A stretch of 64,000 nt of DNA from Girardia tigrina (taxonomy: Eukaryota): positions 31,070 to 95,069 of the forward strand of contig MQRK01235862.1 in assembly GCA_001938485.1 (NCBI GenBank), in the 5' to 3' direction. Below, piece after piece: positions 54,901 through 64,000 of the stretch; the stretch's first letter is position 1; the number at the start of each line of letters is the position of its first letter. A model generated the notes under the pieces. The model had not been told where the DNA came from and did not search any database. It saw only the letters and a list, made by a program, of their open reading frames with translations. Position numbers and translations under genes: made by a program.

Positions 54901-55590
54901 AGTTTTTATTTAATCTTTGTTTTTGTTAATTAATTTTTGTATTTTTACAGGGCTATATCTTTTTCTGGGAGCACCGTACAGATTCACAAGTTCCACTCAG
55001 GGATTTATTATCTGCGGGGCTACACATGGAGGGTCGGTAGACCTCATAGCGCTAACGGATCGTCCGGTAATTAACTTTATTAGTTTTTGGGTTCATTTCT
55101 TAACGATTTTTCTTTTTCAGGACCCCCAATTCCTGTTAACCGCCTTGGAACGTTGTCGGGTCATTTTCGGAATTGCTATCATGCTCAACACGGTGTCTTC
55201 AAAAGATTTTTGAATTTATGTATTACATAATACAATATATGTATTACATAATAATATTTCTTTTTTGCTGATTATTTTTGTTTTGTGGGTGTTGTTTGTA
55301 AGGTGTTTTGACTGTGATCTAATCGATAGTGGACCGCAACATTAGGGTGTATCCTCTGGGTTGGTGATTAATAAGGGTTGATGCTTTTCCGACCGTAACA
55401 TTATGATGTATTCTCTAGGTTGGTGATTAATATGGGTTGATGCTTTTCGAACCGTAACAATCGTCTATTGACCTTGCCAAGAGCGTAAAGGTGTCATACA
55501 ATGAATGTTTGAGGAATATCGAGTTCGGCCGACAATCTGTGAGTACTTATTGACGGATTTGTCTCGACGGCTTCACGAATGGCTCGGAAT
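51966..55590 (-). mobile_element. Second mariner transposase (55590-55460 and 52671-51966), split by a 2.8-kb LTR
   Basis: The joined frame reads GKVNRR|CREVPHELT. Also 'TCDEKW', 'LQQDNA', 'HPAYSSDLAPFDYHLF'. Confidence 0.88.
52672..55459 (+). repeat. Giant solo LTR (2788 bp)
   Basis: TGTCACG...CGTAACA termini and a 4-bp TSD ATCA/ATCG. Excision restores the mariner reading frame. Confidence 0.8.
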
Positions 55591-56377
55591 CTACGGTGAT
55601 AGATTTAAAATTTTGTTTAAAATTTCATGAGGCAGTTGGTTTATAATATGTGGGAAAATTGCTTTTTCATTGTTTATGTTGTTAAATTTGAAAATTCTGA
55701 TATATGTTTCTAACCATTTGTTAATGTATTGATTGTTGTTTGTAGGGAAATCGGGTATTTTGAAGTGTATTTTGTTATTGTTGTATGCGATGTATGGTTT
55801 GGTGTTGTTTGTTTCAGCAAGTGTGATGTTTTTTGATTTGTTTTTGGTCGGCATATTTTATTGTAAAAATAAAACATAGTTTTCGGAAGGTGGGTTGCTG
55901 TGAGACCTTCTGACACCAGTTGTAAAAATAAAAAATCTTTAGCGCACTAACCGTGATGTAAAATCTGTTATTTTTACTTTATAAAAAAAACGATAATGTT
56001 GTAGATTGAACAAACTGGATTAACCCAAACGGAGTTTCGCTATAATTGAATCTAGTTCTTGAAATGATATTAACAAAACCTAATTGTCAGATGAAATAAA
56101 AAAATAACGTGATAATCAATTAAACTTTTAATAGTAAACGATTTACTATAATACCTTCAACAAAACTTTGTGAAACATATAGATAAAGACAAGCGTTCAT
56201 CAGAATCAAACGGGAGTCCAAATATCATAAAATAACAATTATCATTTTTGTCGCAATATAAATTCGAAATAATGAATTAATAATTTGAATTTCAATTGCT
56301 TATAGCAATCAAAGACAAATTATTAATAATTTAAATTGGGACATTAATGTTATTTCTTGTCTTTCATTCTTTCCTTC
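55591..56377 (-). mobile_element. Gypsy 5' end: LTR part (56377-55921), PBS TGGTGTCAGAAG, gag N-terminus (55854-55591)
   Basis: ...TTTACA-AC-TGGTGTCAGAAG junction. 'FKIPDF...NKWLETYIRIFKFNNI...IINQLP' is gag-like. Confidence 0.7.
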
Positions 56378-56469
56378 TATTAAGAACATTAATTGGGTTT
56401 TCTTTACATTTATTTATATCACAATTTGAATTGCCACTAAAACAATTCTCCGTATAACTAGGGGAGATT

Positions 56470-57175
56470 TGTTAGGGTTTCGAAAAATACTTATGAACAT
56501 TTATGATAAAATTTTATGTAGAAAAAAATTTAAAATAATTCTTTTGGTAAAATTATTAATTTCAAACAAAATAATATTTAGTTTAGCAAAATTTGGAATC
56601 AAAATTAAAAATATTTTAGTCTTTGTTTTATTTGATCAATTTTCAAGGTTAGAAAAAACTAGTATATAAACAACAACAAATTCAGTCATAAACACACCAA
56701 TAATTTCCTGCAACAAATTTTAAAGAAGATTCCGTGTAGAGTAAAGTTATTTAAATTCTTTCTTTTTATTTCTTTTTCTTGAAGTTGAAGTCGAACTAAG
56801 CATCCTGTATAGGAGAATAAAGTTCATTTTACTTTCAGGGTTTAACGGTTATCGTTCGTTTAGAAGATTTATAGTTTGAAAATTAATAATCTGTGATCTG
56901 ATAAACTCGCATCGAATATCCGTTTGTGAATACGTCTATTGATTCTATTGAATTGAACAATATAAAGCTGCGTGCTATTTTGTTTTATTGGAAAATAAAG
57001 TTTTGAAAAAGAATTTGTGTTCATTCATTTATATATTTATGTTGGAAGTCCTTTCTGATTAATTGGAGTCAGATTAAAGATTACAGATTAAAGATTATAG
57101 ATTAAAGAGTAGAGATTAAACATTTGAGTTTTTAAAAAGTAAATATTTAAGATTAAAGATTTTAAATACCCAACA
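56470..57175 (+). repeat. LTR preceded by PPT (GGGGAGA)
   Basis: TGTTAGGG...CCCAACA termini, homologous to 41154-41938. Confidence 0.75.
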
Positions 57176-57293
57176 CACGTTTAAACTAAGCCGGCATTAA
57201 AAACAGTGTGAAGATTATCGAATAAGGGTGAGTAACAACATAATAAATGCACCAAACATTAAAGAGGCTCGTATAAAGGGAACATGTAGATAA

Positions 57294-57736
57294 TTAATCG
57301 ATATTGATATAATCATCCCCGCGCGATTCTCGGCTAGTTGGAAAGCACATAGTCTTTTCCCAACTAAATTGAACCTGAAGATGCTCCAGACCTGGTACTA
57401 CTCGTTCGATGTCAGGCGAGGGAGGCACATCCGACCACCTAGTAAAGTGAATATGTGAAAATAATTGCGGGACATATCTGATCGTGGTTGACACTTAACA
57501 ACCACTAGGGGCACATGAGCTTTCAAAAATGTTATTGCTCGAAGGGGTTTTGACAAAATTCTCTCCATTTTCATGCGATAGTAGAATTCTTCAACAACTA
57601 ACTTCTGTTGATCTTTCTGAGGCTCCTCATGAAAAACCTGTTTTACTACCTCACATTTTTACATCTTTGTCACCCTGTGCACTATCGTAAATAACTTCCT
57701 CATCAAGGTCAAATTGACCTTAATCACAATTCAAAA
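57294..57736 (-). pseudogene. Accessory ORF remnant running across a PPT into the start of an LTR related to 52672-55459
   Basis: 57555-57294 aligns with 52672-52930 (ACATTTTTGAAAGCTC...AGTGG..TTAAG; GTCGGA; GGGGATGAT). Purine tract GAAAATGGAGAGAA lies just upstream. Confidence 0.6.
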
Positions 57737-58267
57737 CTGAAAAAATACTCTTTAATAAAGCTAAAATAGGATAAAGTTCTACTGAACTCTTGACTACAGC
57801 AAAAGTTCCATGTAGGCTTCGAAATGTTATTCATAATGTGAAAAGGTAAGTGGAAAATAAGTAGTGTTCAGTAAATAGTGAAAACAGTTGCCAAATGATT
57901 TAAATAAACAAAGAACGACAATGTATAACGAACCGAATCATGATAAAAATGAAATCTTTCCACATTTGTCATAAGATGATTTCGTTTTAGAAATTTTGAA
58001 TTTGATATTTCAACGATGGAATTTGATTATACTGTTATTTGTGTGAATTACGAGGATCTATAAAAATGAAGATAAAAACAAGACTTCAAAATTTACAAAT
58101 ATATATTTAATTATGTACACGAGTTACAATTTCAAACAAAATCAATATTTAGATTCTTAGACCTTATTTAGATTTTGTAATTTGGATAATGGGACCACAA
58201 TGTTTTGTTAATCCCAAGGTAATTTAAAAGATATATATATATATATATATAATTATATAATCGTAAT

Positions 58268-58770
58268 TGTCACGTCCTTCGTACTTTTTTATGATTCTCG
58301 TTTCGCTCTAGTGTTCAATTTTTTACTCTCTCTTTAGTTACGATAATCGACACCTTTTATAAGCTTGACTTGAATAAATTATCTCCGCGTGAGGTGTCGA
58401 ATGAATAATTTAATACTTGAAATATAATTCTGATCTTCTCTTAATCTTGTACTTGTTAATTACTTTGACCTTGAACTTTCAAAATATTTTGTCGTACTTT
58501 TTGTGCGCTTTTCTTCTTTTTCTTCTACCTTTTATATTACTTTCCTTGATATATAATTCTTCTTATTTATCTTATTTACAGTTCTGTTTATCCTTTTAAT
58601 ATAAATACCTTATTTTCAAATTCTGAATATTTATGTCTAAAATTCAATTAAATCTAATTATTTTTATATAATTTATATTTATTATAGTAAAGAGGTAAAT
58701 AATCTTTTATTATACCTATTTAATTAAAATAAATATTAATTGTTAAAATTTATATTTTATATACCTAACA
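58268..58770 (-). repeat. Putative 3' LTR of the exonuclease-carrying element
   Basis: TGTTAGG...CGTGACA on the minus strand, TATAAAAGG followed by GAGAGAGT, and an upstream GGGGAC...ATTTT motif typical of gypsy 3' ends. Confidence 0.65.
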
Positions 58771-58926
58771 ATTCGTCGGGGGGCGATAAAATTTATGTCC
58801 CCATAAATAAAACAATCAAAAGTACTATACATATGAAAGAATTTGAGATATACATAAATCAAGATAAGAAAAGATAGGATACACAAGATAAAAATGAAAA
58901 TCAATCAAATCAATAAAATGTTATTG

Positions 58927-61290
58927 TTAATCATCATCCTCAGTTAGATCAATCGGAAGTTCATTGAAGGGATCGTTCTGAAAACTCGGTTCCATCTTCA
59001 CAGGATATGGATGCGGCGAGTACCATGGTTGATCCGTGTTCCGCGGAGTCACTCGAAAACCCTCATCGATGTCTACCTTTTGGAGGAGAGGCGGGGTAGA
59101 ACGAAGACCGCCTGATTGGCCTCGGTACCAACGATTGTACCTAATGATATCTTCGTCGTTCCGAAAGAAGCGGTTTCCTTTAACGACAGGTGCCGGTTGA
59201 TCGCTGATGTAAGGGGGAGTGACGAGTCGTTGCTGGGTACATATAAGACTTTCGGAAGGGTTAACAATCGTACAGGAAGAAAAAGCGACGTGAGAAGGTG
59301 AGAAAACCTTTGCAACCTTCTCCGGATGACGACCTAATGTCCCCTTTGACCAACGCTTAGCTTTAATGATTATGGTCCTAGGTTCTTCAAGGGTATTCTC
59401 CAATATTTTAGGGGCGAGCCTCTCAGAAATCGGAGTTCGCGTGCCGGACAGAACCCTTAACTGGTCTGGATGAGGCGGTGGAGGCATTTCCTCCAAGGTA
59501 GGTATATAAACGGGACATGCATCCGGATCCATTGGTGGTAACTCGTATTCGAAATAATTCAAAGGAGCAAAAAGGTCCAATACATCAGCCTGTGGGGTAT
59601 CAACCTCCTCTCTGGCAGAATGAAAGGATGTTACCGAAGATATGTCAGAAAGTGCCTTAGACATCCTCCAATAATTGGCATCCAACCATTCTTCCGCCGT
59701 GGAAGAAGGTGGTCCGTGAGTTTGTGGAGGTGAGTTCTCAAATAAATTTGAGGCATGGGTAGGGGATAAATCATCCATCCACCTACTTTCTACTTTCCGA
59801 TAAATTCTACGTAGGGCGTCTGTATCCTCATGGGAATTATGGACATGGATCTGAATTTGTTCCTTAAGGATATCCCATGCCAAAGCCTTTAAGCCAAAAA
59901 AACTACCATTATTTTTTGGTTTGAGACCCATCAAGTGAAAAACTTTAGCCTTGGTGGTATCGCGAATTCCTAACAGAGTGTGAGTGGGTATGGCCAATCT
60001 TCTGATCTCCATTTGGATATCATGACCTACAAGTATGTTGCCATATAAATGTCGGTGTAGCTCTGCAATTACCTCATATTCATCCGCAGAACCTATGAGG
60101 CTGCCATCTTCCAACCCATGACACTCGGTGGCCCAATCAGTTATTCTAGTACGGAACCTAACTCGAGTGTTCATCAATAATTTTCCGTTGAAATTCATGA
60201 GCGTAATTGCCGCTACATGAAACCTCTTATCTGCATCTTTTACAAATTCCGCGTCAAGAAATCTCAAGCGAAGCCTAATGTCCTGTAAGGAGAGGTTTTT
60301 TCTAATAAAAGATGACCTTTGGGCGACCAGATTTTCGCTAACTTGAAAGTCCGAATTAATCTGAATATGCGAGAGCTGGTACCACGGGTTTGGCACATCA
60401 TCCTGGAGCAAAAACTCTACGGCTAGGACAGATATTTCTTTAGGGGAGGATATGTAGATGTCATTTATCTGTTCTGCCACATCGTCTTCCAGGTTCTCAG
60501 CGATGTCAATTGCAATAGAATGCAATTTCGGGACATTTACCAATACCTTAGTGTCGCTGACAATGAGAGGGGCAGAAGCAGCGTGGATACACAAGGTAAT
60601 TATTCTGTAATGTGGATTATTAAATGTTGTGGGTATACTGTGCCTGTATAATCCCATTATATCGGAAACCTTCCATCTTCGTGTCACGGTAGTCTTTATT
60701 ACTACCATTTTTTTGTTTAGGTCATTATAAATCAGCCGGTTTTGGTAAAATCTAGGTGAAGGATACACTGCTACAAACAATTTCTCCATGATCCTAGTCA
60801 AACCGGACTGGACGTCACGATAGAAGGTGTTGCCATAATGCATAGATCGTATGGCTAAACCGAACAATTTTGTGGACTGGGCCGAGATAGGCTCGTTGGG
60901 TGTCCAACTAGAAGGTAAAGGAATCTCAATGGGACAGATGGGCTGTTTCAAGAAAGCGCGTATGAGTCTATCCTTACATTCCTCTCTGCGCGTAAGTATG
61001 TCGAGGTGAGGTTTCTCTTTATTGATTCGAGTATCCCTAACAACAACTGGTAACTCCTCACAATGGCGATCAACCAGTTCCTTACGATTTCGATATTGGG
61101 AAAAAGAAAGATTATAGTCATAAGACAGCTCATTTTGATCGAATGTTTGATGAAAGTCATTATATTTTTGATTCATTTTGGTAAGAAACAGTTGAGAGGA
61201 TTGGGAAACTGGATGCATCTGCAAAATAGAAAACATTAACTTATTGTGCACATTTGCACGAATTAGAAAAGAAAAGAAAAAATTCAACAC
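58927..61290 (-). CDS. Accessory protein with a REX4/ISG20-like DEDDh 3'-5' exonuclease domain (probable ATG at 61218)
   Basis: 787 uninterrupted codons. ExoI 'FLDAEFV', 'ITDWATECHGL', ExoII 'ILVGHDIQME', 'IRDT', 'GLKALAWDILKEQIQ', ExoIII 'HNSHEDTDALRRIY'. Confidence 0.85.
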   Translation of the reverse strand: MLNFFFSFLIRANVHNKLMFSILQMHPVSQSSQLFLTKMNQKYNDFHQTFDQNELSYDYNLSFSQYRNRKELVDRHCEELPVVVRDTRINKEKPHLDILTRREECKDRLIRAFLKQPICPIEIPLPSSWTPNEPISAQSTKLFGLAIRSMHYGNTFYRDVQSGLTRIMEKLFVAVYPSPRFYQNRLIYNDLNKKMVVIKTTVTRRWKVSDIMGLYRHSIPTTFNNPHYRIITLCIHAASAPLIVSDTKVLVNVPKLHSIAIDIAENLEDDVAEQINDIYISSPKEISVLAVEFLLQDDVPNPWYQLSHIQINSDFQVSENLVAQRSSFIRKNLSLQDIRLRLRFLDAEFVKDADKRFHVAAITLMNFNGKLLMNTRVRFRTRITDWATECHGLEDGSLIGSADEYEVIAELHRHLYGNILVGHDIQMEIRRLAIPTHTLLGIRDTTKAKVFHLMGLKPKNNGSFFGLKALAWDILKEQIQIHVHNSHEDTDALRRIYRKVESRWMDDLSPTHASNLFENSPPQTHGPPSSTAEEWLDANYWRMSKALSDISSVTSFHSAREEVDTPQADVLDLFAPLNYFEYELPPMDPDACPVYIPTLEEMPPPPHPDQLRVLSGTRTPISERLAPKILENTLEEPRTIIIKAKRWSKGTLGRHPEKVAKVFSPSHVAFSSCTIVNPSESLICTQQRLVTPPYISDQPAPVVKGNRFFRNDEDIIRYNRWYRGQSGGLRSTPPLLQKVDIDEGFRVTPRNTDQPWYSPHPYPVKMEPSFQNDPFNELPIDLTEDDD

Positions 61291-61340
61291 AATTATAGCG
61301 AAATATATAATTGCAAGGCTCGTACAGCCAAAAATGATTT

Positions 61341-62539
61341 TTATACCTGTGTTTCCTCTACGTACACTCCTGGCAGGTATTTCTCCAAGGAGGTACGATA
61401 TAAGTTTAAAGCCGTTTGTTTCTTTTTATATTTTCTATACAAGAATAATATGTGCCACATTATTAAAGAACTGAGCGAAAACAGTCCTAAGCTGAACAAT
61501 ATGAATGGCCATATGTGTAATTGTAAGTTTTTGTGAAATATTGTATGATCATTTGTTCTATAAAAGATAGATTGAATTTTTGTTAAAGAATCGGAGTCAA
61601 TAAATTTCTCATGTGTTTTTACTTGTGGTAAGGTAAATAGTGAACTATATTGTACAAAAATATCCCATGAAAGACAGTGAACTGTGAGGTTTGATTCTGG
61701 ATTATCTATTAATGTTTTCTGTCGTGACCATTTTATTTCGAACGCTGCTGTTAAAGCTATTTCTCTGTAGATAAGAACATACATATTTGTATGATTCTGG
61801 TATCCGTCAAAATATATTGCGCTAAGTTCATTATTATTTTGCCAATAACATTGTCCTAGACAAATCTTGAAGGAATATTTATTGTTACAAGCTCCGATAT
61901 TAACAAGGACGGTATGTGGGACAATTTGTATTTGAATTTGTCGTTCTTTTAATATCGTTTTCGATGTTGCACTTACGCCTCGTAAAATAAAAGAGAGAAT
62001 AATCAATATGATTAATCTCCAATATTTAGGGTTAAACATTTGATTCCTATTTATCTGCTCTTTCTTTTTCTTTTCCGTGATCATGGTATTTCCGTTTCCC
62101 TCATCATTTATTGTTAATCTCTTTTGATGCTGATTATGTAATTTCAGACTTAATATTTCATCTTTTCCTTTTTGTGTATTTAGTTGTCTAATTCGATCTA
62201 AATCTTGGTGCCTTACGTATGAAACAACGGCCTTCTTTCCATCTCGTGATATAATATCATTATTTTCGATTATCTCAAAGACTGATTTTACTAATTCTGA
62301 ACCGTATTTCTTACTATATTCGGATGCGGTGTTTCCATGCTGATCCAAAAGCATCAAATTTGAATATATAATAAGTGGTGCTACAACTGTATGAAAGGGT
62401 GCTCGATGTATTATTGCTTCCATTAACGCAGTTAATCCATCATTTCCTTGAGTATCTATTAATCCTGGATACTCACATAACTTTATCTGTTTAAGTAACT
62501 TTGCAGCTTTGTGAAATTTATGTCGAATTATAACAATTA
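61341..62539 (-). CDS. Ankyrin repeats, internal signal sequence, Cys-containing ectodomain and C-terminal TM (env-position ORF); 5' end broken by a Helitron
   Basis: 'GNDGLTALMEAI', 'DQHGNTASEYS', 'KYWRLIILIILSFILRGVSA', 'IWPFILFSLGLFSLSSLIMWHILFLYRKYKKK'. Confidence 0.75.
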
Positions 62540-62866
62540 CTAGTAAATAACCCGTCATGTATGACGGGTAAAATTGAGAAAAGAAATTTCATTTTTTAAT
62601 TTTAATTTGAGTAATTTTGGATGTGGAACAGATGCATTAAAACAAAGAAGACNNNNNNNNNNNNNNNNNNNNNNNNNNNNNNNNNNNNNNNNNNNNNNNN
62701 NNNNNNNNNNNNNNNNNNNNNNNNNNNNNNNNNNNNNNNNNNNNNNNNNNNNNNNNNNNNNNNNNNNNNNNNNNNNNNNNNNNNNNNNNNNNNNNNNNNN
62801 NNNNNNNNNNNNNTTATTAATATAAATATCTACTTACAATTGTAAGTAGATAATATGAGCGTTAGT

Positions 62867-62905
<39 letters not shown>

Positions 62906-62929
62906 TGAGTGACTTGGGCTTTTATAAGA
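62540..62929 (-). mobile_element. Non-autonomous Helitron
   Basis: 5' TC(TTATAAAAGCCCAAGTCACTCAC) with (TGCC)n, 3' hairpin CCCGTCAT-AC-ATGACGGG then CTAG. Inserted between A and T. Spans an N gap. Confidence 0.8.
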
Positions 62930-63043
62930 TAAAATTAATGGTGTAGCATTCCATATTGGATCTTTTACAGCAAATAAATGTGGGTATTTTCTTACCGCAC
63001 ATTTGAAGAACTGGTCATTATAAATGTATCCTTTCGCGAAATG

Positions 63044-63321
63044 TTATCCAATATCTTCCTGTAACACTAAAATAGTTTCATCTTCTTTACTTTGCTTTTG
63101 TGATAGTTGTATTTTATGATCAATTTTTCTATCTTTTGATACTGGTAGATTAATTTCTATTACTGCTATTTCATCTGATTGAGTTTGTGATCGGAGATTA
63201 TATCTTTTAACTGGCTCATTTTCCGCCTTTTTACATCTATTTATGTGTACAACTATTGGATCAGTGTTCTTGTTTTTTATTATAAATAGATTTGTGGGTG
63301 TCACTTTGACAACCTCATAAG
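63044..63321 (-). pseudogene. Gypsy integrase C-terminus (GPY/F-type)
   Basis: 'YEVVKVTPTNLFI...PIVVHINRCKK...RYNLRS'. Confidence 0.75.
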
Positions 63322-64000
63322 TATTACGGAAACGGACTAGTGGGGCAAAGATTACTACTAACCCGCCTACGCAATCTTATAATAGACCAAATAAAAAAAG
63401 TATATACACAACTGTCGAAAATATAATTATATATATAAACAATTATCAACAGATGACAGCCAGGAAAAGAAAGGAGTCGTTTGATCACAAAAGAATTATG
63501 TCGATAACACTAGCGAAAGCCAAAACAGATTTGTCACAAAAAACAAACAAAATGTTTACTTCAAACTGAGGCTTCGACAAACGCTCTTGGACTGAGATAT
63601 CGATATTCGGCTAAGGTGCCAAAAATGTCGTAGCTCGATTGTCTGTTCCGTTCGATTAGATTGACGACTGTCTTTGTTCTTCTCGAAAATTAGGATTCTT
63701 CTATTAATTGCCCTTGATCGGTGGTTATGATTTGTCAGATGTATAGTCCTGTCTCCGGATTCTTAAAATAGTCCACTGGATTAAGGAAACCAGTCGACGG
63801 CGATTTTGAACCGGAATTTTATTATTCGGCGACTTTTACCGATGTCCTAACGATGGATCAGTAATTATAGAGATCACGATATCGTTAAGATTATTTTGAA
63901 TTTTGATTTAATTTTTTTTAATTGTTCGATCAATCGTTTTTATTGATCATTTTTAATTTTCATATTAATTTTATTATTGTCATTGGCAATATTCCAATGA
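63322..64000. repeat. Probable LTR-type insertion interrupting the integrase
   Basis: The integrase frame is lost abruptly at TATTACGG (...CCGTAATA on minus, like the TG...TA LTR ends). The sequence is non-coding and CpG-rich. Confidence 0.4.

Noticed and set aside
62540-62558. ATG at 62558 as the start of the 405-aa ORF
   Set aside because: It lies inside the Helitron 3' hairpin. The real coding region continues beyond the insertion.

Overview
AT-rich eukaryotic (animal) DNA that is almost entirely a nested transposon graveyard. The composition and ~54-nt introns would fit a planarian-like flatworm, but that is inference only. It contains several Ty3/gypsy LTR retrotransposons and many solo LTRs, an RTE-clade LINE, Penelope-like elements with hammerhead ribozyme motifs, Tc1/mariner, hAT and MULE remnants, a Helitron, MITE/foldback elements and a possible Polinton terminus. 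The only clear host gene is a two-exon secreted C-type lectin (34696-35336, minus). The most unusual object is a minus-strand gypsy element at 58268-63321. Between its integrase and 3' LTR it carries an ankyrin-repeat plus signal-peptide/TM (env-position) ORF and an intact 787-codon ORF with a REX4/ISG20-like DEDDh 3'-5' exonuclease. Also notable is a 2.8-kb solo LTR (52672-55459) that contains five canonical introns and starts with the tail of a protein-coding ORF. All calls come from reading the sequence by eye; no database searches were run.
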